Positions 38,038 to 48,648 are shown, counted from the first letter of the stretch. The stretch: 64,000 nucleotides of DNA from Candidatus Latescibacterota bacterium (GCA_965243025.1 CBDETY010000003.1:6560001-6624000); one strand, 5' to 3'. A program made the numbers and translations. Notes: generated by a model not told the origin, from the sequence alone.

Positions 38038-38874
38038 ATGCCGAAAATCCTGAGTGAAGCCGCCATCGCCCAGTACAGGCGAGAGGGGTATTACTTGCCC
38101 GTGCGCATACTCGACGACGGCGAAGTGGCCGCCAACCGGCGGAAGCTCGAGACCTTCGAGGCTTCCCAGGGCCACCCGATCGAAGGGGCGCAGCGAAGCA
38201 AGTCCCATCTCCTGTTCACCTGGATCGACGACCTGATGCGGAACGACCGCATCCTCGATGCCGTCGAGGACCTGATAGGTCCCGACATCCTGTGCTGGAA
38301 CACCTTCTTCTGGATCAAGGAACCCCGGAGCGAAACCTTCGTCTCGTGGCACCAGGACCTCCGTTACTGGGGCCTCGACAGCGGCGACCTGGTGACCGCC
38401 TGGCTGGCTCTTTCACCGGCGACGCCGGAAACCGGCTGCATGCGCGTCCTGCCCGGCAGCCACGTCGGCGACCTCCTGCCCCACAGCGACGAGTACCAGC
38501 GGAACAACATGCTGACCCGGGGTCAGGAGATTTCCGTCGTCGTGGACGAAGACAAGGCGGTCGCCATGCCGCTGCAGCCGGGTGAAATCTCGCTCCACAA
38601 CGTCCGCCTCGCGCACGCGTCGAGTCCCAACCGGTCGCAGGACCGCCGCATCGGCCTGTCGCTGCATTACATGCCGACCAGCACCCGGCAGATCGTCGGC
38701 GAATGGGACAGCGCCGCGCTCGTTCGCGGCAGCGACCGGTACGGTCACTTCAAACATACGCCGCGGCCCGGGACCGACTACGATCCGGTCGCTGTAGAGT
38801 TTCACGAGCAGGCGACCAGCGCCGTGCGGGAAATCCTGTTCAAGGACGCCGAGAAGGTCCGTCCGACGCTCTGA
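38038..38874 (+). CDS. Phytanoyl-CoA dioxygenase (PhyH) family protein
   Basis: WHQDLRYWG, GCMRVLPGSH and HASSPNRSQDRRIG motifs. Confidence 0.92.
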   Translation: MPKILSEAAIAQYRREGYYLPVRILDDGEVAANRRKLETFEASQGHPIEGAQRSKSHLLFTWIDDLMRNDRILDAVEDLIGPDILCWNTFFWIKEPRSETFVSWHQDLRYWGLDSGDLVTAWLALSPATPETGCMRVLPGSHVGDLLPHSDEYQRNNMLTRGQEISVVVDEDKAVAMPLQPGEISLHNVRLAHASSPNRSQDRRIGLSLHYMPTSTRQIVGEWDSAALVRGSDRYGHFKHTPRPGTDYDPVAVEFHEQATSAVREILFKDAEKVRPTL

Positions 38875-39006
38875 TCCCGTGCGGGTGCGGAACGCCGCCA
38901 CGCGCGAACGGGTGTGAGGCTCGCCGGGTTTCGCGTTCAACCAATCCCCCGGCGAGTTCGCCGGGCAGGATTTCAGCGGCCGGACAGGCTCGGGGCATGC
39001 AGCGCG

Positions 39007-41553
39007 TCACAGCCTCGGGTCGACCGGCTCGCTCTCCAGGGCGAGGACCCCGAAGACGCACTCGTGCACGCGGTACAGCGGCTCCCCCCCGACGAAGCGG
39101 TGCAGGGCTTCCATGCCGAGGGCGAACTCCCGCAGCGCCAGGGAGCGCTTGGTCGACAGGCGGCGCTGGCGCAGGCGCTCGATCTGCCCGGGCAGGGTGT
39201 ACTCCGGACCGTAGATGATGCGCAGGTACTCCCGCCCCCGGCACTTGAGCGCCGGCTGCGCCGGGCCCCGCCGGCCCCGGGCGAGCCAGTCCAGCGGCTT
39301 GACCACCATGCCCTCGCCGCCGCTTTCGGTGAGCTCCCGCCACCAGCGCGTCCCCTGCTCCTCGCTGTCGGGATCGGCGGCGTCGACGGGGAGATACCGC
39401 GTCTCGTGCAGCAGCTCCGCGTCGGCCCGGCACAGCTCGGCGAGGGTCTCCATGTGCCAGAGGTGGTCCTCGCCGGTGTGGACCCGGCCCTCGGTAGCCA
39501 GCAGGTGGAAGGGGGCGATCCTGAGATCGGAGATTCCGGCGACCGGCCAGCAGTAGCGCCGGTAGGCCTCCACGTAGCGGGAGATGCAGCCCTGCCGCTG
39601 CCGCAGGTGGGCGGCCAGCTCCTCGCTGCCGCCCCCTCTTTCGGCGGCCTGGTCCAGGGCGGGGAGGGCGGCCTCGAAGGCGGCCGCTGCCGCCGCCCCG
39701 GCCGGGGCGTACTGGGTGCGCAGCAGCTCCTGCGCTTTCTCCGACCAGGGCATGATCTCGGCGTCGAGGCAGATCCAGTCGCTGTCGAACCGCTGCCAGA
39801 ACCCGGCGCGCTCGACCGCGGCGCACAGCCGCGCGACAACCCCGGCGCCGCGGTCCGGGTCGCTGAAGAAGGGGCGCCCGGTGCGGGTGTACACCACCCC
39901 CGCCTCGCCGCGGCCGGCTCCGAACCTCCGCTTCGCCGCGGCTTCGTCCCGGCAGAGCAGGATCACCGCCCGCGACCCCATGTGCTTCTCCTGGCAGATC
40001 AGCCGCGGGATTCCCCGGCCCCGGTAATGGGCGAAGGTCTCGGCCGGGTGCTCGAGGAACTCCCCCTCGGCGGCGGTGTCGGACGGCGCCATGGTCGGCG
40101 GCAGGTAGACGAGCCAGCGCGGGTCGACGGCGAAGCGGCTCATCACCTCGAGGGCGGCCGCGGCGTTCTCCCGGCGGATGGAGACGCCGCGGTGCAGGCG
40201 GGTGGAGACGACCCGCTTGCCGAGCACGTCGCCGATGTCGAGCAGGTCCCCGCCGGGCCGCGCCGCATCCTCCTCCCCGGAGGAAGGGAGCGGCCGCACC
40301 GGCTCGCACCAGACCTGCCGCGCCGGGACCTGGACGATCTCCCTTTCCGGGTAGCGCAGCGCCGTCAGCCTGCCCCCGAAGACGCAGCCGGTGTCGATGT
40401 TGATGGTGCGGTTCACCCACTCCGGCTCCGGCACCGGGGTGTGGCCGTACACCACCGTCGCCCGGCCGCGGTAGGCGGCCGCCCAGTCGCAGCGCACCGG
40501 CAGCCCGAACTCGTCGGTCTCGCCGGTGGTCTCGCCGTAGAGGGCGAACTCCCGCACCCGTCCCGAAGCCCGTCCCTGGAGGGCCTCCTCGAGGCCGGCG
40601 TGGGCGACGACGAGCTCGCCGCCGTCGAGCACGTAATGGCTGACCAGGCTGCCGATGAAGGCCGCGGCCTCGTCGGCGAACCCCGCCGGCTCGCGCTCGA
40701 GCTGCTCCAGGGTCTCGGCGAGGCCGTGGGAGACCTTCACGTCCCGCCCCTGCAGCTTGCGCAGCAGCTTGACGTCGTGGTTGCCGGGGACGCAGAGAGC
40801 GGTTCCCGCCTCGACCATCTCCATGACCAGGCGCAGCACCTCCGGGGAGCGGGGGCCGCGGTCGACGAGGTCCCCGAGGAAGACGGCCTTGCGCCCTTCC
40901 GGGTGGCGCGCCGCCGGGCCCCCGGCGCCGGAGCCGACCGCCCAGCCGAGGGAGCCGAGCAGGCCGGCGAGTTCGTCGAAGCAGCCGTGGACGTCGCCGA
41001 TGATGTCGAAGGGGCCGCGCTCGCCGCGCCGGTCCGGCCACAGCGGCTGGCGCTCGATGACCGCGGCGTCCGCTTCTTCCGGGGTGGCGAACACGGTGAC
41101 GGAGTGGAACCCCTCCCGCCTGAGGCCGCGCAGGGAGCGGCGCAGGGCCCCGCTCTGCCGGCGCACCGCGTGGGGTCCGATGTCGCGGTCGCTGCGCTCC
41201 TCGTTGCGCTGCAGGCAGAGCTGCGGCGGCAGGTCGAAGACAATGGCCGCGGCGAGGAGGTGGAACTCGCGGGCCAGGGCGATCAGTCCGGCGCGGTCCT
41301 CCGGCTTGACGCTGGTCGCGTCGACCACGGTGAGCCTGCGCCCGGCGAGCCGTTTCGAGGCGATGTAGCGGAGGAGGTCGAAGGCGTCGCCGGTGGCGGA
41401 CAGGTCGTTCTCGTCGTCGGCGACGAGGCCGCGGCAGTAATCGGAGGAGATCACCTCGGTCGGCCTGAAGTGCCGGCGCGCGAAGGTCGACTTGCCGCTC
41501 CCCGAGGGGCCGGCGAGCACGACGAGCGAAGGCTCGGGAACGGTGATCTTCAT
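39007..41553 (-). CDS. pnkp: Polynucleotide kinase-phosphatase-ligase Pnkp (RNA repair)
   Basis: Kinase GPSGSGKST; phosphoesterase GDVHG/GDLVDRG/GNHD/YGHTP; ligase EKHMGSR, EGMVVKP and LKCRGREYLRIIYG. ATG 41553 overlaps the hen1 stop. Confidence 0.95.
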   Translation of the reverse strand: MKITVPEPSLVVLAGPSGSGKSTFARRHFRPTEVISSDYCRGLVADDENDLSATGDAFDLLRYIASKRLAGRRLTVVDATSVKPEDRAGLIALAREFHLLAAAIVFDLPPQLCLQRNEERSDRDIGPHAVRRQSGALRRSLRGLRREGFHSVTVFATPEEADAAVIERQPLWPDRRGERGPFDIIGDVHGCFDELAGLLGSLGWAVGSGAGGPAARHPEGRKAVFLGDLVDRGPRSPEVLRLVMEMVEAGTALCVPGNHDVKLLRKLQGRDVKVSHGLAETLEQLEREPAGFADEAAAFIGSLVSHYVLDGGELVVAHAGLEEALQGRASGRVREFALYGETTGETDEFGLPVRCDWAAAYRGRATVVYGHTPVPEPEWVNRTINIDTGCVFGGRLTALRYPEREIVQVPARQVWCEPVRPLPSSGEEDAARPGGDLLDIGDVLGKRVVSTRLHRGVSIRRENAAAALEVMSRFAVDPRWLVYLPPTMAPSDTAAEGEFLEHPAETFAHYRGRGIPRLICQEKHMGSRAVILLCRDEAAAKRRFGAGRGEAGVVYTRTGRPFFSDPDRGAGVVARLCAAVERAGFWQRFDSDWICLDAEIMPWSEKAQELLRTQYAPAGAAAAAAFEAALPALDQAAERGGGSEELAAHLRQRQGCISRYVEAYRRYCWPVAGISDLRIAPFHLLATEGRVHTGEDHLWHMETLAELCRADAELLHETRYLPVDAADPDSEEQGTRWWRELTESGGEGMVVKPLDWLARGRRGPAQPALKCRGREYLRIIYGPEYTLPGQIERLRQRRLSTKRSLALREFALGMEALHRFVGGEPLYRVHECVFGVLALESEPVDPRL

Positions 41554-42947
41554 CGCGAGAACACCGCCATCTGGGTGGGCGGGCCGAGCTCGGGGTCCTC
41601 CTCGCCGACCGGCAGGAAGCGGACCGTGTACCCGAAGCGGCCGGCCGCGGCCTGCGCCCAGTCCCGGAACTGCTCCCGCGTCCACTCGAAGCGGTGGTCG
41701 CGGTGGCGGAAGCGGCCGGCGGGAAGGAACTCGAAGCGGCTGTTGTACTCGGCGTTCGGGGTGGTCGCGATCACCGTGGCAGGCTGCGCGAACTCGAAGA
41801 GGACGCGCTCGAACGCCGGCAGCCGCTGCGGATCGATATGCTCGATCACCTCGACGGCGCAGGCGGCGTCGTACCCGGAGAGGCGCTCGTCCCGGTAGGT
41901 GAGGGAGCCCTGGAACAGCTCGAGGCGCTGCCGCTGCGTCGCCGGCAGGCGCTCGAGGCCGAGGCGCTCCCCGGCGATCCGGAGGGCGCGGGAGGAGACG
42001 TCCATGCCGGCGATGCGGGGGCAATCCCCGTCGAGCAGGGCCTTGAGGAGCTTGCCCTCGCCGCAGCCGAGATCGATGACGCTGCGCGCCCCCGCTTCCC
42101 CGAGCGCCATTCTTACCGCGGCGGTACGCCGGTCGTTCAGGCTGAGGGGGCGCTCGAGGCTATCCTCCTCCTGCTCATGCTCCGGTTCGGCCTCGACACC
42201 CGGGTCTTCCTCGGCGACGAGCCGGGCCAGGGCCTCGCGCGCCAGGCGGCGCTGGTGCTTGAGGTAGCGGCGGGCGATCACCTCCCGCTCCGGGTGCGAG
42301 GGGAGCCAGCCTTCCCCGCGGGCGAGCAGCTTGTCCAGCTCCTCCTGGCCGACCCAGTAATGCTTGTCGTCGTCGAGCACCGGAAGCAGGACGTAGAGGT
42401 GGGAGAGCAGGTCGCGGAGCCGGCAGGTCCCGGCCAGGTGCACCCGGTAGTAGGGGCTCTCTCCCCATTCGGGGAAGTGCCCGTCGAGGGGCAGGGGACG
42501 GGCCTCGACCGAGTAACCCAGCGGCTCGAAGAGGCGGCGCAGGAACGGCTCTCCCCCGCGGCAGGGGAGCACGGCGACCTCGGCCTCGAGGGGGAGCGGC
42601 GTCGCCGCGAGCCCGGGCCGGTCCTTGCTGCTCCCCTTGAGGGCCGAGCCGAAGACGCGGGCGATGGCGACGCTGAGGAAGGAGGAGGCGACGTAGGGGC
42701 GGTCGTTGACGTACTGCTTCAGGGCCCCGCCGTCGCCGGGGTTGGCGCCCCGGGGGCCGCGCACCAGGCCGACCGGATCGAGGTCGAGGAGCAGCGCCGC
42801 CTGGCAGCGGTCCTCGCGGGCCACCGGGTAGAAGACGTGCGCCTGTCCGAAAGGCAGGGGGAAGGACTGGCAGCGGGCGGGGTTTTTGACCAGCAGGTAC
42901 CCGAGGTCGGTCGCCGGCCTTGCAGTGGTGGCGATGGTCAGCAGCAT
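41550..42947 (-). CDS. hen1: 3'-terminal RNA ribose 2'-O-methyltransferase Hen1
   Basis: MLLTI...ATDLGYLL, YVNDRPY, DLGCGEG, EVIEH, TPNAEYN and RHRDHRFEW motifs. Confidence 0.95.
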   Translation of the reverse strand: MLLTIATTARPATDLGYLLVKNPARCQSFPLPFGQAHVFYPVAREDRCQAALLLDLDPVGLVRGPRGANPGDGGALKQYVNDRPYVASSFLSVAIARVFGSALKGSSKDRPGLAATPLPLEAEVAVLPCRGGEPFLRRLFEPLGYSVEARPLPLDGHFPEWGESPYYRVHLAGTCRLRDLLSHLYVLLPVLDDDKHYWVGQEELDKLLARGEGWLPSHPEREVIARRYLKHQRRLAREALARLVAEEDPGVEAEPEHEQEEDSLERPLSLNDRRTAAVRMALGEAGARSVIDLGCGEGKLLKALLDGDCPRIAGMDVSSRALRIAGERLGLERLPATQRQRLELFQGSLTYRDERLSGYDAACAVEVIEHIDPQRLPAFERVLFEFAQPATVIATTPNAEYNSRFEFLPAGRFRHRDHRFEWTREQFRDWAQAAAGRFGYTVRFLPVGEEDPELGPPTQMAVFSR

Positions 42948-43392
42948 CGGTCAGGCCGGAGACGTCGGCTATCCGGAAGCTGTCCGCCGGTTGCAGGTCG
43001 TCGAAGCGCGATTCGGGGATGCGACAAATTCATGATTCCAAAACCGGGAATGCCGCCGAATGTCCCGCGGGAGAGTCAGGTGAAGAGGGGAAATGCACCT
43101 TTTCGAGTTTCACGGTTTCTCCGCACAGGTGCAACGCGTCCGCCGGTACGGTTCGTCCCCGAATCGTACCGCTGGCCGGTAGCCAAGCCGGGAGCTCTTC
43201 AGGCCCGGGGCCCGCCGGCCGCGAGGGGAAGCCAGCCGACGACCCGTATCCGCACATACCAGAGGCGGTCGACCTGAGCAAAGAGGAGGAGGGACCGCGA
43301 AAAGGGATGTGGAGCGTCGTCCGGCCGCAGCTCCTCTCAATCCTCCTGCGCCGGGAAAACTGAAGCCAGGGCTTCTCGCCGCCTCCCCCGAA

Positions 43393-46300
43393 TCAGTGAA
43401 ACAGCAGCTCCGCGGGAATCGGCTGCCGCTCGATTCCGGGGCCGGCGATCTCGAGTTTCGGGACCTCCCCGGTCCAGTAGCGCTCGATCAGCCCGGGAAC
43501 GTTCACGCCGTCGTACCTGAACTGCATGTATTCGAGGTACCCCCCGGGGCGGATGTCGGCGAAATAGATCTCGATCGGGTGGTACCCCTCCTTCAGGTGG
43601 ATCGACCAGTTTCCGAGGGCGTGCCGCCGCGTGCCCGGATACCAATGCTGCAGGGGGGACCCGGGCCCGGCCTCCGCCTTTGAACCGTTCACCCACCGGT
43701 TCTCGTACCCGAGGCGGACGTCGAGATCGTACCCGGCCAGGGGGGCGTAGCGGATGAACTCTTCCGGGGGGAACAGGGTGTAGATCCCCTCCTCGGGGGC
43801 CCTGAGGAACCCCTCGTAGCGGAAGGCGAAGGCCTGCTTCTCCCGCCCCGAGCGCGGGCCGGTGTCGAAGGCGGAAGCGACCGTCCCGGTTCTTTCCGCC
43901 CGGGTCAGCGGAGCGCCGAACAGCAGCTTCGGCCACTGGTCTTCGTAGTACCTGTACCTGAGGCCGGGCTCGAGGCTTTCCGCCAGTGAATCCGGCAGGG
44001 GCTCTTGCGGCGGCTCCCGGACGTAAACGGCCCGGTAGACGCGGCTCATCAACGTGTTTCCCGCCCGGTTCGCCGGCATCTCCGTAACCCAGTTCCTGAA
44101 GGCGCGCGCCTTCAGGGTCACCGGTTCCGAAAAGGTGAGCCCTCCCCTGTACAGGTCGGACTCGAGGGTGGGGTCGCTGCCGTCGGTGGTGTAGCGGATG
44201 TCGACGTCCCGGTCCGGGGAGGCGACGGTCACGGTCACTTCCCCGGCGAAGGCGGATATGTCCGGGCTGATCGCCAGCTCGCCGATGGCGCGCAGGATGG
44301 GGAAGCGCTCCTCGGCATGCCCGTCCCGCGCGAACTCGTAGCTCTCCCTTTCTCCCAGCACCAGGCCGCGTTGGGTTTCCTCCCCCGCCTTGCGCACGGT
44401 CAGGCTCGACTCGAGGCCGTCGGCGGCGAAATCGATGCGGTCGCCGTTCTCGAAGAACACGGAAACTCCCCTGCCGCCCCGGCTGCGCTCGACCCGCAGC
44501 TCCTTTTCCGACTGCCCCCGCGGCCGCGGGTGGATGACGGTGATGAGCTGGCTTCTGCCGGGGCCGCTTTGCCAGTCGGCGGCCAGGTGCAGGAACTCCT
44601 TTCCCTGCCGCCTGTCGGCGCGGTACCCCTCGTACCACTCCTCCTGCAGGATGTAGGTCTTCACCGGGTTGTAGCTGAGGGTCTGCCTCTCCCCCGTCTC
44701 CAGGAGCACGGGGCCGGCGTGATACATCGACAGGTTCGCTTTCTCCGCGGCGTGCGAGTAGAACATGCCTCTACCGGGATCGGCCGAGACCCACCCTTCC
44801 TCGTACCCCTCGGGGAGGATCTCCGTCAGCTTCGGCATCCACCACTGCTGCCGGTAGCGGCGCGCCCGGTCCGCCTCCATGACGTCGAGGACGAACCAGA
44901 CTCCCTGCTCCTTGGCGAACTTGACGATGCGGTGGTGGGAGATCTCCCCTTCGAGGGCGTTGGCGAGGATCTCGAGGTTGACGTCGAAGTGGTAGAGCAT
45001 CGGCTCGTGGTCGGGAGAGTCGCTGTAGATCCCGTCGTACCTGCCCTCGGCGAGGTCGAAGGAGGCGCTGTGGTGGGTGCGCCAGGGAGACAGCGGCGCC
45101 AGCCCCGGCTGGTGCTCCCCCTTGCGCCCGTGCCCGGTGATGCCGGCGCGGGCGAACTGGTCCTGGCCGTCGACCTGAATGGGGCTGCGCACGTAGTGGT
45201 AGGCGTAGGGAATGCCCTGGACGAGCAGCGTCTGGTCGAAGGCGCTCAGGGTGAGGGAGTTGCAGTTCTTTGCCCGCAGGAACAGGCCGCCCTCGAGGCC
45301 GCGGCCGCTCGAGTGCAGGAACAGGCCGGCCTGGTCCCGCCGCGCGTCCCACCCGGAGCGCATGATGCTGATGTGGTTGTAGGGGAAGCTGATCGAGGTG
45401 TAGGGGGGAGGCCCGGCGGCGAGCAGGCCCCCTTTCAGCAGCGGATTCTCCTCATCGGTCCAGGCGGTTCCCCGCCAGTCGGGAGCGGTCTGGTTTCTCA
45501 GGATGGTCGCGGCGATCGCCTGCAGGGAGGGGTCCATCAGGGCCCGCGGCTGGAAGCGGGCGACGAGGTTCACCCTGGCGCTGAAGTCGGCGTTGCGGCG
45601 GTCGGTCGATACGCCGTTGAGCACCTCGCCGCCCGCCTCGAAGAGGTTGAGGTACCAGAACACCCGTTCGGCGAGGCGGTCCCCGTACTCCAGCTCCAGG
45701 CCCGGGGTGAGCCACCCGGGGTCGGCGTCCCTGATCCTTTCGAGGTAGATGGAGTTCTCTGTGAGCTCGTGGCGGCTGTACCCGGCCATGCGCGAGTACA
45801 TGGAGCCGTCCGGCAGGTCGACGAGGGCGTTGTAGATCTCGAACTGCCGGCGCGACTCGTTCTCGAGCAGCCGGGAGATCCGGAAGTCGTGGAGGAAGGC
45901 GCCGAGGAACTGCTGCACGTGGACGGCGCCGCAGGAGTGGTTGCCGCTCTGCTCGCGGTTGTAGTAGAGCGACTGCGGCAGCAGCACCGTCAGCTGCCGG
46001 ACCAGGATGCGCGCCAGTGTGGTCGAGGGGAAACCCTCCCCTCCGGGAGGCAGCACCCGTGCGATCTCCGAGAGGGCGTGGATGAAGTGCTCGACGTTGT
46101 AGTGCCCCTGCTTGCCGTAGTCGAGGTTGAGGGGGTTGAGGTTCTCCTGGACCCGGCAGTTCATAGTGTAGTCGTCGTAATACTCGAGGTACTTGTCGAG
46201 GTACCTGCGGTCCCAGGTGTCGACGAACTTCCACCAGAGGGCGCGGAAGTTGTGCTCTGAGGCGAAGTACTCGAACACCAGCGGGGTGTACCAGGGGTTC

Positions 46301-46875
46301 TGCAGACCTTCGGGCTGCCAGTCCCAGCGCAGGGCTCCCATCTCCCCGAGGTGCACGGTCTCCTTGGTGGTGCGCGCCTGGTAGGTGTTCTCCATCAGCA
46401 GGGCGGCGTTGTCCTCGTAGTTCCGGGTCGCCCAGTCGCGGGCGAAGCGCCTTTCGAAATCCCTCGACACCAGGCCCTTCTCGTCGTTCCACAGCAGCAG
46501 CACCTTGGCGAAGAAGTAGGCGCGGAAGGCGTCGAGGGCTTCCTGGTACTTCCCCTGGTCGTAGAGCTCGATCACCGCGGCCTTGCGCGCGTCGAGTCGC
46601 CGCGTGACCGGCAGGGGGCTGCTGCGTTGCTGCTCGCGGTCCCAGAGGGCGAACAGCTGGCGGGCGAGCCGCTCGGCCTGTTCCGGGGAGTGGCGGTCGG
46701 CGAACGCCTCCCGGCGCGCCCCGGCGTCCGCGGGGGGCGGCAGCCGGATCACCGGGGCGTCGAGGTGAACGGTCATCATCTCGAGATAGGTGTTGCCGCG
46801 GGCTTCCCGCGGGAACGCCGCGATGGCGGCGAGCGCGGCAGCGATCAGAAGGCGGCGGCGGAAGAGCGGCGGCAT
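43393..46875 (-). CDS. Secreted heparinase II/III-like protein with Fn3-associated and PA14 domains
   Basis: Signal peptide; SGNH, LPDG and SISFP...IMRSGW (heparinase II/III-like); IRYTTDGSDPT (Fn3-associated); PGLRYRYYE...FRYEGFL (PA14). Confidence 0.65.
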   Translation of the reverse strand: MPPLFRRRLLIAAALAAIAAFPREARGNTYLEMMTVHLDAPVIRLPPPADAGARREAFADRHSPEQAERLARQLFALWDREQQRSSPLPVTRRLDARKAAVIELYDQGKYQEALDAFRAYFFAKVLLLWNDEKGLVSRDFERRFARDWATRNYEDNAALLMENTYQARTTKETVHLGEMGALRWDWQPEGLQNPWYTPLVFEYFASEHNFRALWWKFVDTWDRRYLDKYLEYYDDYTMNCRVQENLNPLNLDYGKQGHYNVEHFIHALSEIARVLPPGGEGFPSTTLARILVRQLTVLLPQSLYYNREQSGNHSCGAVHVQQFLGAFLHDFRISRLLENESRRQFEIYNALVDLPDGSMYSRMAGYSRHELTENSIYLERIRDADPGWLTPGLELEYGDRLAERVFWYLNLFEAGGEVLNGVSTDRRNADFSARVNLVARFQPRALMDPSLQAIAATILRNQTAPDWRGTAWTDEENPLLKGGLLAAGPPPYTSISFPYNHISIMRSGWDARRDQAGLFLHSSGRGLEGGLFLRAKNCNSLTLSAFDQTLLVQGIPYAYHYVRSPIQVDGQDQFARAGITGHGRKGEHQPGLAPLSPWRTHHSASFDLAEGRYDGIYSDSPDHEPMLYHFDVNLEILANALEGEISHHRIVKFAKEQGVWFVLDVMEADRARRYRQQWWMPKLTEILPEGYEEGWVSADPGRGMFYSHAAEKANLSMYHAGPVLLETGERQTLSYNPVKTYILQEEWYEGYRADRRQGKEFLHLAADWQSGPGRSQLITVIHPRPRGQSEKELRVERSRGGRGVSVFFENGDRIDFAADGLESSLTVRKAGEETQRGLVLGERESYEFARDGHAEERFPILRAIGELAISPDISAFAGEVTVTVASPDRDVDIRYTTDGSDPTLESDLYRGGLTFSEPVTLKARAFRNWVTEMPANRAGNTLMSRVYRAVYVREPPQEPLPDSLAESLEPGLRYRYYEDQWPKLLFGAPLTRAERTGTVASAFDTGPRSGREKQAFAFRYEGFLRAPEEGIYTLFPPEEFIRYAPLAGYDLDVRLGYENRWVNGSKAEAGPGSPLQHWYPGTRRHALGNWSIHLKEGYHPIEIYFADIRPGGYLEYMQFRYDGVNVPGLIERYWTGEVPKLEIAGPGIERQPIPAELLFH

Positions 46876-47217
46876 GGTTGCGATTCCTGGGAAGTCGGGA
46901 GGATGTGCAGGGCCGACGGCAATATCGAGGACGGCGTTGGCGATCTAAGTGACCCGCGCCAAGGTACTGCAGAAAGAACCGGCCTTCGAGGCGGCAGCCG
47001 GCATTCAGCGGCGGGTGTGCGAGACCCATGCTCCGTTCGTTCGGAAGATTCCCGCCAACGAGGCAATGTCCGCATCGCGCCTTCGGATGGGCGGCCCGCC
47101 GTTCTTTTCGTTTCGGATAACTCCGGCCTTCGGGGCCATCCCCCGAGGCAGGTTGCGTACCGGGCCCGGTGCCCGATATTTCACCCTTCTGTCACACGCC
47201 GCACCACCCCCCCTTCC

Positions 47218-48648
47218 ATGGCCGTCACTTCGACCGGATCATCTCCCAAGGCGATCTGCCTGCGCATCAACGAAAGCTCTCCCCGCGGAGGGCTTTTCGA
47301 GGGCGACAGGTCGAAGCTGCATCCCGACAGCAGGCTGCCGTGGCGCATCTCGCCGGAGCCGTTCTGGCTCACCGGGGGCCAGCTCGAGTTCCTCGAGTCG
47401 CTCGGCCCCCTGCTCCTGAAGTTCCAGAAAGCCTGCAACCTGCTGTATCACCAGAGCGTCAGGGGTTTGCAGCCGTCCTGGCTGCACCGTTACCTCGACC
47501 GCGGCAAGCCGGAGCGGGTCGTCGACTTCGGCCGCATGAACCGCTCCCGCACGCAGCTGCCGGTCGTAATGCGCCCGGATCTCGTCCTCACCGCGGACGG
47601 GGTGCGCATAACCGAGCTCGACTCCGTCCCCGGCGGCATCGGCTTCACCGGGCAGATCCACGCCCTCTACTCCGAGGCGGGGTACGATCTCATAGGAGGC
47701 GCCGGCGGCCTGATCGAGGGGTTCCACGAGGCGGTCGCGGCGGCGTCGGAACGGGAGGATCCCGTTATCGCGATCGTCGTGTCGGACGAGTCGGAGGAGT
47801 ACCGCGAGGAGATGTGCTTCCTCGCCGAGTCGCTGGAGCGCTCCGGCAGGCCGGTATACTGCTGCCATCCGCGGGAGCTTTCCGTCGACGACGAGGGGCT
47901 GCTGCTGCCGCGAGCGGGCGGCGGCCTCCGCGTCGATGTCGTCTACCGGTTCTTCGAGCTGTTCGACCTTCCCAACATTCCCAGGGCGGAGCTGATCACC
48001 TACCACGGCAAGAGGAACGCCGTGCGCATCACCCCGCCTCTGAAGGCCTTCCTCGAGGAGAAGATGTGGTTGGCCTTCCTGCACTATCCCGGGCTCGAGG
48101 GGTTCTGGTCCCGCGAGCTCGGCGGCGACCACGACACCCTGCGGGAGCTGGTTCCCCGCACCTGGATCCTCGATCCGGCGCCGGTTCCGCCGCACGCCTC
48201 GGTCTCCGGCCTGCAGGTCGGGGGGCGCCGGGTCGGAAGCTGGGAAGAGCTGAAGACGCTGACCAAGAAGGAGCGCGAGCTGGTCGTCAAACCGTCCGGC
48301 TTTTCCCTCGACGCCTACGGCAGCCGCGGCGTTTCCATCGGCCACGACCTGCCCGAAGAGGAGTGGTCGGCGGCGGTGGCCGCGGCGCTCGGGCGCTTCG
48401 ACACGAGCCCGTGCATCCTGCAGGAGTTCCACAAGGGGGCGCGGCTCGAGGCGAGCTACTACGACTTCTTCAGCGGCGACATCCGCCGCATGCACGGCCG
48501 CGTGCTGCTGCGCCCCTACTACTACGTCACCGGCGGGGAAGAGACGAAGCTGGCCGGCATCCAGGCCCTGGTCTGCCCGGCCGACAAGAAGGTCCTGCAC
48601 GGCATGGTCGACGCGGTGCTGGTGCCGTGCGCGGTGCGCGAGGGCTAA
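47218..48648 (+). CDS. ATP-grasp-like ligase (glutathionylspermidine synthase/circularly permuted type)
   Basis: MRPDLVL...ITELDSVPGG, VYRFFELFD, EEK, LVVKPSG and ILQEF motifs. Confidence 0.65.
   Translation: MAVTSTGSSPKAICLRINESSPRGGLFEGDRSKLHPDSRLPWRISPEPFWLTGGQLEFLESLGPLLLKFQKACNLLYHQSVRGLQPSWLHRYLDRGKPERVVDFGRMNRSRTQLPVVMRPDLVLTADGVRITELDSVPGGIGFTGQIHALYSEAGYDLIGGAGGLIEGFHEAVAAASEREDPVIAIVVSDESEEYREEMCFLAESLERSGRPVYCCHPRELSVDDEGLLLPRAGGGLRVDVVYRFFELFDLPNIPRAELITYHGKRNAVRITPPLKAFLEEKMWLAFLHYPGLEGFWSRELGGDHDTLRELVPRTWILDPAPVPPHASVSGLQVGGRRVGSWEELKTLTKKERELVVKPSGFSLDAYGSRGVSIGHDLPEEEWSAAVAAALGRFDTSPCILQEFHKGARLEASYYDFFSGDIRRMHGRVLLRPYYYVTGGEETKLAGIQALVCPADKKVLHGMVDAVLVPCAVREG

Noticed and set aside
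38840-43277. Long alternative ORFs (733, 994 and 527 aa) overlapping pnkp/hen1, and similar ones elsewhere (e.g. 44005-46260, 14806-16791)
   Set aside because: These are shadow frames of high-GC genes with Arg/Pro/Gly-rich or antisense-type composition and no motifs.
42950-43390. Possible riboswitch or ncRNA upstream of hen1 (TGCACCT...AGGTGCA inverted repeat)
   Set aside because: There is no recognisable riboswitch consensus; one short stem in GC-rich DNA is insufficient without an Rfam search.
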